In this document: one piece after another, positions 35,159 to 47,906 of the stretch | Layout of the letters: every line of letters begins with the position of its first letter | Numbering within the stretch: the first letter of the stretch is position 1 | DNA from: Marsupella aquatica | Taxonomy: Eukaryota > Plantae > Marchantiophyta | Reading direction: 5' to 3' | Assembly: GCA_973895155.1 (NCBI GenBank) | Contig: OZ316896.1 | Location: forward strand, 19,704,754-19,768,753 | DNA length: 64,000 nt | Translations under genes and position numbers: made by a program | Notes under the pieces: generated by a model | Seen by the model: only the letters and a program-made list of their open reading frames with translations | The model's database searches: none | What the model was told of the DNA's origin: nothing

Positions 35159-38100
35159 ATGGCAGCTGCTGTGCCTTCCCCGCTTGCTGTCGGAGCTGCT
35201 GTCAATCGTTTCCTCGACCTCTGTCGTGCGAATCCGAATGTAAGCCGTGACAGTAGCATGCGTTGTCTGCACTTTGTAGAAGAATGGCATTTTACCTTTA
35301 GGTGCTCTGTTTTTTTTGCCTCGAAAAAAACTAATTGAATTCCATTCCAAAAAGTTTTACCTTTAGGTGCTCTGTTTATGTCACTGCCTTGTATCTCTGG
35401 ATGGATTCAGGTTCGTGAGCGTGCATTAGCATCGAATCCAATCTGATTTTTACGTGCTCTTGAAGATCGTGGCTTCTCAGTTTTCTGTCCATCGTTTTCT
35501 CAACCCTCGCGCACATCCGAATGCGTTATCGGCAATGTGCAAGAGAGTGTCTGATTGCAGTTTTTAGCTCTTATGTCATGCTTTTTATCTCTGGATCTAA
35601 ATTCGTGATGTATGCATTCTCATCGAACCCTTTTTGAGTTTAATTTGATCTTGAAGATCGTTGCTCCCGAATTTCTAAGCATCCTAAAATTCTGGGCTGT
35701 CCCAGCATTCAGGAGGGTAGGGAAGCTGAACAACTTAAAGTCGATTAGAAAACTAAATGAAGAATTTGAAGGGCAATGGTGGAATGATGGTGTCCGTGCC
35801 GCAGCATGTGAATGGGACGAAGATCGTGTAATGTGCCAAAAATTGACGTTACTACGTATAACGCACAGGCTTTAATTCAGCTGCTGTCTTGCCTCCCAGT
35901 GACATAATTACTGAGAAAGTCTGTACCTACATATGCAGAGACTTGCGTGACAAAAAAAAAGTTGTCAGAATTCACGGGTCTATGGCTGAATCTTTCCTTG
36001 CAGGGATTGCAGCAGAGCGTTCTGGACGAAAATATGAAGGACCTAGATGTGGAAGTCGTGACGCAGGCAATCAATGCGCTCCTCGGAAAGGTCATACACT
36101 AAGTTTTGATAGTTTTATAAAACGCCTCTTTGTCCACGATCCTACTAATTTTAGTTTTAATTATTTGAGGGTTTCTAACTATCGGACACATTGCACACAG
36201 GGCCACATCCAACTGTTCCAACAAGGGGGTACTCTCATTTATAAAGAAGCCAACAGAGATGACATTGCCAAGTAAGGTTTGCTTTAATGATGGCTTTTAT
36301 TGATTTATGTTTTGGTTCAACAAAGGGGACCAGGCCCAGAGCCTGTTAATTGCTGGCGCCTTGGCTAGTGATAAACAATCCTCATCAATAGTTTTTCCAC
36401 TTGGATCGCTTCTGCATTTTTTGGCAATCTGTGCCCTTCGTTCTTGGGATCATAAACTGGTAGTCCGAAGTCCATCGGGTTGTAGTTCCTTTAAATATGG
36501 AGAATAGTACTGGAAGGCCGCGTTTCTCATTGCTGCCGAGTACAGCTTGAAGTAGTTAAGGTGGCAAGTTGGATAGGAATAGCATGATACATATTTCCTG
36601 GCTTCAAGAGGCTGGCTTGGAGACTTGGCTGTGACAAGTTCACGTGGTGCTTGAAGGTTTAAGGGTCTCAGCTCAGAAGACATGCTGGTCTATCAAGCTA
36701 TACAACAGTCTGCCAATTCTGGTGAGTCTTATTGACAAATTTCTAGTAAATATGTTTTTCTTGGAATGTAATTCTCTGAAACTGTTCGAGGCAAAAGAAG
36801 AAGAATACGAGTCAAAGAACCCAAGAAAAAACTTTCTTTAGAATCTATTTTGTTCATATGAGCCTTCGCATTAAGCGATTGAATAAATGTCGTGTTCTCG
36901 TCTTGAGTTTGCTATGCTAAACTTATGGTGGCGGTTTGCTGTCCATAGGAATCTGGACTATGGACTTGAAAAGAAGGACAAACTTGCAGCAGCCTCAAGT
37001 TACGAAAGCAATCAAGACTCTTGAAACACGAAGCTTGATCAAAGCTGTCAAGTCTGTTGAGGTTAGTCGAATTGCGTTCCTAGTTCCAATCGTTAAGTGG
37101 ATTCATTCTGTACAGCTTCGTTATTTTCATGCTAAGACCCCACTCCTAACTGATCTGTTTGTATCAGCATAAAAGCCGCAAAGTTTATATGCTCTTCGAG
37201 TTGGAGCCTTCAAGAGATGTAACTGGAGGAGCTTTCTACACGGAGCAAGAATTTGATGTTGAGTTCATCAGTGTTCTCAAACACCAATGCTTGCATTTTA
37301 TTCTGAGGCAGGTATGTTTGATGTGGGATGCAATTCTTGTTGTACAAAGTCCTGGGTCTGTAGTAAACCTAAGAATTTATGATCTGAGAAACCAACGATG
37401 TTTGGGAGAGCAAAGGCATGGTTGATAGTACAAGTATGAAAACAGTGGGGTCTTCGGCATCAGGTTCTTGCATAAAACGTCTAGGGTTCATCAGTTCAGT
37501 CACCGTAATAATTTCAAGGGGAAGGCTCTTCTGATTGCAGGATAGACGTAACTGGTGTAGGGGCTCGCAACTTTGGAGAATGTGGCAGATTCTGTTCGGA
37601 AGTCTGGAATCACCAAAGAGGAGCTACGCTTGCAAGATTTCAAGCAGGTATGACCTCGGCTGAATTTTATACCTCCGTAATGAAACCATTGGATTTCGCA
37701 TGAACATGTTTGAGGTGTAGGGCTTCTCACAATTGTGCTATTGCAGATCATTGACATGCTGGTCCTGGATGGGGAAATTGAGGAAGAGATTAGTAGCGGC
37801 ATAGGGGCGCATGCAGCATTTCCCCTGGTAAATCCGCTTCACGACGAAGTGTCAGCATCTGAGGGGCATAGTATCGTAAGGTGGCGTTGAGTGGAAATAC
37901 CTATTTCAGATTCCCTTGTTTGCAAATCATTATCGTTTTCAACCTGCTCTAATCCCAGTGAGCTCGCTGTGGAACAGGACACAGTATGCTATAAGGGCTC
38001 GAAGTCTCGCATTCAGGAGACTTCGGCTTTCACGAACATTCCTTGCGGTGTTTGCCCGGTACCTATGCTCTACAAGATCCTTATTGTGGGTTTTGTTCTT

Positions 38101-38471
38101 TGTTCTGCTGTATGATTGCGATGTGAGCATTCCCCTGGAGATATAAGCTTGTTGCCCTCAAACAAGTTGTCTGGAGCTCAAGGCATGATGTAGTTACATA
38201 CTTCTGTAGACTTGTTGGCTATGATGTCATTCACTTGAGATGAGGCAATCGTTGAATGATTCCATTTCAAGACCTTGAGATGGCTTTGGATCTTAGAAGT
38301 GTACTCCCGACCAGGAAGTCAGTGTAACTAAAAGCCCAGAAGGGATGACTGGAGTGTTCATCAATGTGATTATGTCACTGTGGTATTTTGCAGGTTCTTC
38401 GCGATTGTACAGAGGATGGTATTATTTCACCCAAGACTTGTGTGTACTACCAACACTGGTTGACTTTCTAG
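35159..38471 (+). CDS. RPC6: DNA-directed RNA polymerase III subunit RPC6 (RPC34/RPC39), 10 coding exons
   Basis: Exons encode MAAAVP..FLDLCRANPN, FKGLSSEDMLVYQAIQQSANSGIWTMDLK, VTKAIKTLETRSLIKAVKSV, RKVYMLFELEPSRDVTGGAFY and the C-terminal Fe-S motif PCGVCPV..C.EDGIISPKTCVYY..WL. Introns are GT-AG. Confidence 0.93.
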
Positions 38472-39194
38472 CCACTTAAAAAGCGCTTCTGATTAAAAAT
38501 AAAGTGCTGGCTGTAAGGTCAATTCATATCAAGATGGGGACGACCTATGAAAACATTAAACCCATCGTCTAGGCATCCGGTATGAGCATCAAATACTGCC
38601 TTCTAGAATTAGGAGGATAGTCTCCAGCAATGTTAGTTTTGTTAAGGCCGGGTGTAAAAGAGGCCCTCGTTTGCCAATTAAAGCAGATAAGAGTGAGGGC
38701 AACTTGGCCAAGGAGTTTACAAGTAATAGGATTATCTCTTCCAATTATTTGAGTGGGGTACTGGGGTTGATGGGCAAGAGTTGGGGGTTATCCAATGGAG
38801 AAGGCTTGCTACTCAAGCCATGGCTCTCCATTGGATAGCCCCCAGCTGAAAACGGGGAGAAGAAAGACCAGTACTAATTCAAATCTTGAAGTTTTAGTGG
38901 AACAACATATTACAATTGCACAAGAATTCAGGCACCCTCTCTCTCACTCCCCATGTATCCATCAATGTATCACCTTCTGTCCTCTCCTCATTGGTACATG
39001 AAGAAATGGCCCTTGCGGTGCCTCATGTGGGCAATAGGGCATGTCAAAGTACTCCCGGAGGCAGAGTGTCTTAAGGGCTGTGGTTTTTTGGACGCATCAT
39101 CCTTATGGGGTATGCATTTTGGTAGCAGGTAACAATTTGAAGTTGTGAGAAAGTTATGGGTTGAGTGTTGAGCCCGGTGAAGAGACCTGTGTGA

Positions 39195-39842
39195 TGAAAG
39201 GTGAAATGGATGTGGCTGTGCTCCACCTTTTTTTGGCTCAGCCCTTCAGCAAAACCCATCATTCACCCAAATAGCTAGCGGTGAAAGGCACAATGGGTGG
39301 GGCTGTATATATGTCCTCCGGGTGCCACACCTATTCTAACTCGGCCTGCCTGCAAATTTGTCATGCACCCAAATAGTGAGTGGTGAAAGTTGCAACGGGT
39401 CGGGCTGCCCTCTCAATGATCCACACCTTTTTAAACTAGGCCTGCTCAAGAATGTAATTCCTGTCCGGAAGAAAAGGAAAGTTACTGGTGTGTAACCTTT
39501 TCTACTAGTTGCCACCATTTTCACAAACCCTGTGCCCAGAAAGTCTTGCCCGGTAATGTTTTTTTTCCGGGCAGATATTAAGTATGAAAATGACTTGGAA
39601 CCTGTTCCACAAAGCTCAGAAAAACTTTTTGGCTGCTGCAGGCCTGGCAGCATTTCTTCATTTTCTGGTCATAGACTAGCATTTCCTCATTTTCTGGTCA
39701 TACACTAGTAACCCCAGACCAAACCATCATTACCCTATACTTGCCATTCACCCAAACTTCAAGTAATGAAGGCAGACAGGTTAGGCTGCCCTCCGGGTGC
39801 TCCACTCCTTTTTTACTCGGCCCTCCAGCAAACTCGCCATTA
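39195..39842. repeat. Four degenerate ~100-bp direct repeats (cacccaaat..gtgaa..gggctgccctc..ccac..ttttaactcggcc..gcaaa)
   Basis: Copies at ~39195, 39262, 39363 and 39747. There is also a 29-bp doublet at 39648-39708. Confidence 0.65.
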
Positions 39843-40294
39843 AAGGGGCAACAGGTGGGGATGCTTTTAGCTCTTCGGTTCCAGGGCTCAGTCTAAAACC
39901 ATAAACCCTTCAATTCCTGCCCCTCCGGCTCTGTTAAAACCCTTGCCATTCTTTGCAAATGCCTTCGGTTCCTTCAAACCTTCACCATTCGGCCGGTAGA
40001 GTAGAACACAGCCATATAGGCTGTTGGTGCTGAAGATTTGGGATTTGGGTTTGGATTTGGTGATCGAGTTTGCATTTGGTGGTGGAGGGACAGACTTGTG
40101 TCGCTCTGTGCATCGTGGTGGATGGAGATGCTTGTGACCCTTTGTGAATCATACTGGAGTGACAGACTTGTTGAAATTCGAGGTAGAAGTCAGAGAGTTG
40201 GAGGCTATTTTGTGGAGACGAGTTGGGGTTGGGATTTGGAGGCTACGAAGCTTGGACGCTGAGTGAGCAGTGACAGACTACACAGCTAGCAAGC

Positions 40295-40870
40295 ATGGCG
40301 TCTCAAGAACAATTGGAGGTTATTGTTGCACTGTTCAATAAAGCAGTGGAGGAATTAAGAAGTGGAAGCCGTGCAGAATTGGAAAGAGTAGCGGAGGAAG
40401 TAAAAAGAGGAAGCCGTGCAGAATTGGAAAGAGTAGTGGAGGAAGTAAAAAGAGGAACCCGTGCAGAATTGGAAAGAGCAGCGGCGGAAGTGAGAAGCGT
40501 AGTAGCGGAAGATGCGCTGGTTTGGGCTGTTCCATTCATTCAAATAGTCGCTGGTGAATATGTACGTTTTCTGCTTGGGCCCCATCGACAACCACAACCG
40601 CCGAGGTCCAGAACTTGTTTCAGGGCGACAGTCTTTTATGACTTTCTTGCCATCATTCAGCGAGATTTAAGGATATCCTTTCATGCCGCAAAGGCTCTCT
40701 GTGACAGGATCGTGCTTGCGAGAAATTTGAGTGCTCACGGTGATGATTTAACATTCAAAGTTTTCCAGTGTCAACGACTTTTTGTGAAGTATCCTGTTTT
40801 GAGTAGTTTATTACCTGACCAGCATTCTCTCTTGACGAGGGTACCGGAACTTCTGTGTCGTTTGCTCTAA
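40295..40870 (+). CDS. Intronless orphan ORF (191 aa): 15-aa coiled-coil repeats plus a putative HEPN-like domain
   Basis: Clean ATG (agcATGg) to TAA. Three in-frame 45-bp repeats (GSRAELERVAEEVKR). The helical C-terminal region contains CDRIVLARNLSAH (R-N-x3-H). Confidence 0.6.
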   Translation: MASQEQLEVIVALFNKAVEELRSGSRAELERVAEEVKRGSRAELERVVEEVKRGTRAELERAAAEVRSVVAEDALVWAVPFIQIVAGEYVRFLLGPHRQPQPPRSRTCFRATVFYDFLAIIQRDLRISFHAAKALCDRIVLARNLSAHGDDLTFKVFQCQRLFVKYPVLSSLLPDQHSLLTRVPELLCRLL

Positions 40871-42396
40871 ACCGAACGACAGTCCACCCATGAGTAGACG
40901 ATCATCTTTGCAGAGGGCGATTGGAGTTGGTGAGGGACTAATCAACTGGGGGCCATTGTTGAGTAGTAAGCTTAGACGATCAGCTTTGGAGCATGGAGGT
41001 GGACCGTCATACATGCCATTTAAGCTGCATTGCAGTGCCAGGTTAGGTAAAGAGATCTTTGTACAATGACATCAGCACGAGAGCGGTCAAGCACTTGGTA
41101 GCACTCCGTTGAGGAACCCTGTGACCGTGGAACGAGACTGGAATTGTACAAACACCGTGACTCACCTCATTCTCCACGTCTCAGTTCGACGTGTCTGTTT
41201 CTCCTCTCCAGATAGACATCGCTAGTCAGGACATTGCCAATGCTCTAATCTAATGAATACAGCCTAGCTTCCAATCTAGCATTTCATGGCAAACCAAGGA
41301 CTTCCATTCTTTTGAATCAATCGAAAACGAGTAACTCAAGACTTATATTCTGACTTTTAATCTTGTAGAAACATATCGAGTAAGTCGAGACTTTTGTTCT
41401 TTTGGAAGCAAATCGACATCGGTTGCTAATTGTGTGCCAAAGTGTTGCCGCTCCAACTGGGCAGGTTGCTTGCTCGTTTCCTCTTGTTGCTGGTTCAATA
41501 AAGTTGAACTTACTCCTCTCCTGCATTTTGCTTTCTTCGAAGGTACTTAACTGACTTTTTCCAGAGTATGGGGAGAGAGTGTGTGCAATCGACAAGTATC
41601 AATTCTGGACCTCAACCAAACATATCAAGGTATTAGTACAAAACGTGGAAGATTAGGAGGAAGACGGCAGGGTGTAAAGAGTGCTTCATTGCATCTCTAA
41701 CCAAAGCTGCAGTACTATAGATCGGCACCCTCATGAACAAATTTACTTTTATGTGAATCCACTAGTGCTTTTTCATTGATGAATTATTACAAAATTGCCG
41801 CTGGTCTTCTCGCTACTTAGTTTTACTCTACACATGGGGTCACCTCATATGCTCTCACCGACTATCGTTCTCACTGCACTATGTCCTCTGTGCATCTACC
41901 TTACAGTCTTCGATTCAACAATCTCCACACCAACTTTGCATTTTTGTGCCTGGTCACTGATCTAATGCCAAAAACCTGGAACTCCCTGATTATTATAGAC
42001 TGGAATCTGATGTAGTAAGGAAACAAATTTTTGATTCTCCGTTCCTTCCCCCTAACCCTTCTCTTTCTCTTTCGGGGCTCAGTGGACTTAAATTTATTGA
42101 ACCCCATTCAGTGTTCTACTATCTCCCTCTCTTCAGCCGAAAGAGATGCTCTTGTCCCTCATGTCCATCTTTCGAAAATTAGCCTCACCATGATGAGAAG
42201 CTACTACCGATACAATATTCAGTCTGAATCCACCAATCACACAACCAGACAACAAAATGGCTTTCAAAAAGACGGAGTATGGCTAGAGGAACGACGGATC
42301 TCTCCGGAGTTGGTTCCTGGCCTCAAGGTTCTCAATCTTCTATGTCCCTGTTATGCTCCTGAATGTTTAATCAAATCAATACAATTTAACACCCTT

Positions 42397-45300
42397 TCAG
42401 TGCTTTATAAAGCGAATTCCTAAATACGCCACAAAACGGGAGAAAATTATGTACACAATCAGAATGCCAGCACAGTCACCGATGGTAATATAATCCAGGC
42501 CCAACGCTTTAATGGTTTGCTGGCCTGACGTAATGGGGCAGACGCCCTGCTTCAGTTCCTTAGGCAAGCAGTAAATAGTCAGGCCGTGAAGCTCATTTTG
42601 TGAAATAGCAACATAACAGTATTTGACATAGCTAAGCGCATCCAACCACGAGAAGTACTTTGGAAGGCTGATAGGTGCCAAGAAGAAGCCCCCAAAGAGT
42701 CGGTTTACTTCCAGTAACATGGGTAGCACAGTAACACTGAGATCTGTGGTTCGACAAAGTGCTGAGGTCATCAGAGCCAAGGATGTTGCAGAGAGCTGGC
42801 ATAGGATCATGAAGAACATAAATAGGAAGAACTTTCTGGCCTGATGTTGAAAACCCACCATTCCATACACGACGATGGAGAAACAAATCGGAGAGAGCAC
42901 CTGGCAAGTTGTTTCAGCGGTGATCTACACAAAGTAACCATTCCCCCGCCAAGCAGTGCTGTGTTAGATGCATTCAACTGGACACTATGAACGCTTCCAG
43001 GAACTCGATTGAATTGACCAACTAGAAAGTTCAAACAGCAGGTGCTATAATCCCAGTTCAGTTGATCGTGTCAACGGTCAGTACAGTAATCCCGAGTCCG
43101 GAATATGGCAACGAATTGTGGATTTAAGATCCAACATAAGACTTTGTATATATAGATGTTTAAGTAGTTTTCAATATAGTTGTACAAGCAATTTGTGAAA
43201 TTTTACATAAGGTATACAGATATTTACATGGGTTAGCACTGAAACGGAATCAGAATTTTTCTTAAAATCAGATATAGAGGAACCACGGACTTCTAGAATT
43301 TGAACTCCAGCAAGGGACTACTGAACCATCACAGATCTCTTTCCATTGATAGTGGTCCAACAATTGTCTCCATTGACCACAACCACAAATGAGGATGGTT
43401 CAAATTGGTGGTGGTCCACATTAAACACATCCACTGAGAGATTTTGAAGGAAATGTTACCTTTGCCATGTAGTAGGCTGAAGAAAAATACATCCCAGCGG
43501 CTCTTTCTCTCAAGATAAGAACTCGCTCGCTGGGAAAAGAGTTTATGACAGTGAGGGCTCCAAACACACCCTGATTAATCACACAGAAGAAGAGGACAGG
43601 TTGGCGACGCGTGGTTGAATTTTGGTGATGCCCAATTTGGAAGAAGACTCCGCCAATCAGTAGAGCGGTAATAATGCTCTGGATCACCTGCGTGATTACT
43701 ACATTTTTCTTTCTGTACTGTTCCTTGTAGCCACGATTTAGAAGCACAAAATATTGCCGGTGCCATGGCATCCTTTCTCGACTTAAGTGAATTGGCCGAT
43801 CTAATCCTTCGTCAAGGTTCACCTGTTCAGACATGTGTCACACACTGGTGGTTGCTGGAGGTACTCACTTCCTGGGAAGACATCCTGTTATAATTTTTAA
43901 ACAACCAAAAATGAGCTCAGAGAAGCCTTTGACAGAAACAACAGAAGCAGTTCTTGTGCGTACTGGGCTAGCAACAAAATTGTTTCGCAGCTTCTCTTCA
44001 TTTGATATCGAATGTTTGTCCGTGTGCGAGATCACATCCAGCAAGTGGTCAGCAGGATTGGTAAATTCCGGGCAAGGAAATCCTGAGTCCTCAAAAAAAT
44101 GTAGTACTCCCGGTGCAGAACCTTGATAGATGAGCTGGTCAGAAACAACGATAACATAATCATAGATGGAATAGGAAACAATCCACATTATTCTAGTGTG
44201 AGGTGAAGTGTTAAAAACAAGAAAAGTTGATGACGACTAGAGTGGGCTCGGCAAGAAAGGCTGGTCCCATGCCATTTGAATTGAAATACAGGTTCTCGTC
44301 AATTCTAGCTTTAGTTCAGTGCTATCTAACAGCAACTCTACGACTTCTCTGCGGCTCCTCTTCTGCAGCAACAAAGTTGACTGGATGATGACGTAAAGTT
44401 GTGGCAAATTCTGATTTTATGCACGGCACAATCTTGTTACCCATTTCTGAAAGTGATCGCATGCATTCATGTTTCATTCATTCAATCTTCTGATATATAG
44501 TTTTTGGAGACAAACGTCCTTCATGCAATTGAATAAGTCACGGTGTCGAGAGAGAAACAAACCTTTCCACCTTTAAGAATAATCAAAAACTGGAAGAGAT
44601 TGAAGATCTTCGATTGGGGCTGGTGAATTGTGCAAACAACTGTGCAAAACCTTTCATCTGCAATATCCCTAAGCAGCGTGCAGACAGAAAGTGCCGTGAC
44701 GCTGTCAAGTCCTGCAGGACAGGTAGACTCCCATCAGACTACATCATACTTAACTTTTTAGTTTTTTCAAAACGATTAAAGCCTATCAGGAATGACAAGA
44801 ATGCGTCTCGCAAAAACCCACAATAACGTGCTTGACCTCCAGGGAGTGTTTGACAGTCAAGCCAGATAAACGCTTATACTAGAAATTGCAACGCGATTGG
44901 AAGGCTCGAGTAATTGGATCTTAAGTTAAGGATCTCGGGAATAATTGGGAGATCACATCCAGCAAGTGGTCAGCAGGATTGGTGTTCAAAGAGTCAGGTG
45001 AGCTCAGACATCATTGCAAATATGGGTGGGGAAGATGCATTTGGATTGAATTACTCAGCAAGGCAAGCAATGAATCCCAATGCCTTTCAAATCTTCATGA
45101 TGCATGAAGTAAAGGTTTAGAGATGTGGGTCACAAGCGTCAAAGGGGCCTTATTATCAAGTGATGATAGTGAGTGTCTTTGCTTGAGACGCAGTGTACTG
45201 TAATTAGAAGGCTTCATACCTGACGTAGGCTCATCCAAAAAGAGGAGCTGAGGGCTCGTTAAAAGCTCCATTCCTATTGCCACTCTCTTCCTTTCTCCGC

Positions 45301-47906
45301 CACTGATGCCTTTCCTCAAAGCGCTGCCGATGACAGTCCTCCGACAATGCTCTAAACCCATCTGTATTCATTGACAATTGTTCAGCCCCTTCCACTCTGC
45401 CTATAAAATAGGATCGACGACACCATCTGATTCTCTATTAAATGCCTCAAACTATCACACACATGTTTCGCATGTCCTTGGCAGGGGAGACATCTTCTGA
45501 CACTAGAATTTAATGGCACAATGAATCACTTACAAAAATAATCAGATGATGACGTCATGTAGAAATAAACAAACCAATTCGGGAGTGTTATATCGTAAAT
45601 TCAACATCTCTTGGTCTCTACTGTAACTTAGTCCTTCGACAGCAAGACAATATGTGGCTCACACTTCTTCACACTGGAGATTCCCCTGGTCGACCTGCTC
45701 TAAGCGGACGTTTCATGACTTCTTTTTGCCTCAAACATTTCAAATAATTCCGTTCCATGACTTCTCACGTAGTGCTTACCTGCTTTACAACAATATTAAC
45801 CTTTTCCGCCAACTCGTCTTCGGTGAAGGTAGGTTCCAGCTTCAGCTTCACGGTATACCACAGAATCTCGTCCACGGTCAGGTGAGGATTCAGCAAGTCA
45901 TCTTGCATCACGTATCCAGACATTCGCTTAAGGTCCGCATTTGTATACTCTTTCCCGTTGAGACGAATTTTTCCAGTTACAGTTGCCGACCTATCCATTC
46001 GACAAGCCAATGCATTGAGCAAGGAAGTTTTTCCTGAACCACTTGGGCCCATGATGGCAGTAAAACCAGTGTGAACTTGGCCACTCAAATCGTCCAGTAC
46101 CGTCTTTCCATCCCTGCCGGGGCAATGGCAAGTTTAGAGGATCAAACACATACATTTGGGCAAATTGTAGCTTCAAACGAATGTCCACAAGACGGATCTT
46201 GACCGCTGCCGACTTCTATCTCAGAACAAGCAAACGAGAGCCAGAATTGTCGTCAATGCCCGTGAGTATGTGACAGAGCGCTTTTGGTCTTTGTGGTTGT
46301 ATTGACTTAAGACCACACGGTTTGCTTTGTCCGAGTGGGTAAAAATGTCAGTTAGTAATAACTAGCATCTCTCATCATGGACAAGGAACGCATGAGGAAA
46401 GCAAGTAGTGACAGGATACACAATGACAGCAGGCAACACGTGCTGCAGAGAAGTCAAAAGCGGGTGGCGAACTACTTCCAGCAAAGCAGGTCTCGCACCT
46501 TGCTTACTCTATCTCCTTTTACATGATGTGCTTTAGAAGGAAAACGCATGGAAGGGCTGAGACGAGGTTCTTCAAAACCGGTGGACCTTGAATTCTTAAG
46601 CTACTGGACAACTTTTCTAACATCTGGAACAGCATCAAAGTGCCTTCCCGAATGCTTACAAAGTTTCAGTTGGTAGCTCAGTTCAAGAGCGTGGTTTTCA
46701 CCTGGATTTTACAGTCATATTGGTCCAGGAAAGCACAACAGCTCCTAGAGCTCCGGTGAAAGGCATCTTTGACAATCGTTTGCCATCTCTTCCCGTGAGA
46801 GGGGGCGAGCCATTCCGCCCCTCATTGATGTCACCGGTCGTCGTTCTTCGGCGACCATGATACTTCGGCTCCCCTCCAGAGGAAGCGATATCACTTGTAG
46901 AAGTCCGTCTACCTGGAGATTTGTCCGGACTGCTGCTGCGTTTCTTCTCGGCCGAAAAGTTCCCTCCAATCGTACTCCTTCTGGCTGAATTGTAAGTAGG
47001 CTTCAACACCGATGAAGACACATCGCTCGTGGATACTCGTCGTCCTGGAGATGGACTACGAGGGGGAAGGTTACCTGCTCCATTTGCATTTGCGGCAGCT
47101 TGCTTAAACCTGAACACCGACAAACTGGGTCTAGCGCTGTCAACTCTTGGCGGACTGCCACTGCCACGACGCTGATTGACATAACTCGGCCTGGAATTCT
47201 GGACTTGTACTGGTGGACTAGAGACACGACGAACCGACACGAAACTGGTTCTGGGATTTTCGTCCAGAGGAGGACTAGAACTTCGACGCTCCATATTTAT
47301 GAAAGTGGGTCTGACTACGTCCGGTCTCGGTGGATCCACGCTGACGTAGCTGTGTCTGGCATAATCATCTCTGGGATCCACATTCAGATAGGTGGTTCTA
47401 CTGGAATCAAGGCTGGCTGGATCCACAATTACATAACTGGTTCTCGTGGTATCAGGATTCGGTGGGTTCCAGTCGTTTATCGTGTTATCAATGCTCGGTG
47501 GATCCACATAAGAGGTTCTGGCAGAATCTGGGTGGAGCCTGGATGGGCTGCTATTCCGACGCTCCAGGGTTTTATAGCTGGGTCTATGCTCGACCATCTG
47601 ACTTGGAAGACTGTCCTGGGGAAGAGGTTGGTTGTCAGTTTGTAAATTCGACATGCGACGATCTCGAGTGTAGGGATCGTCCTCCAGCTTCACCCGGAGA
47701 ATGGTCTGTGTGTCTGAGACCTCCCTGTCGAGTATGATAGCTCTGCCCAAATCAATGGTAGGAAATCTACTCATATCGACAATCCTCGGATCGTCCATCT
47801 GCCCGGCTTCAACGTGAGAGTCCACATAGTGTTGATAATTTTGAGCCCCATTGTTTGCCTGTCCTAAGTTCTGCTCCAAGTCTTCTGGAGTCACCGAGTC
47901 TGACAT
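42397..47906 (-). CDS. Half-size ABCG (White/WBC-type) transporter with long disordered N-terminus (7 exons)
   Basis: Exons 47906-46702, 46113-45780, 45361-45220, 44711-44563, 44134-43964, 43822-43460 and 42924-42397. Motifs: Walker [16 protein letters not shown], signature ISGGERKR, Walker [14 protein letters not shown]-loop [13 protein letters not shown], and an ABC2 membrane domain ([20 protein letters not shown]). Confidence 0.95.

Noticed and set aside
47100-47737. Antisense ORFs over ABCG exon 1 (and similar ones over NIC1, TOM2A, DUF3082)
   Set aside because: These are shadow frames of real coding exons with no independent motifs.
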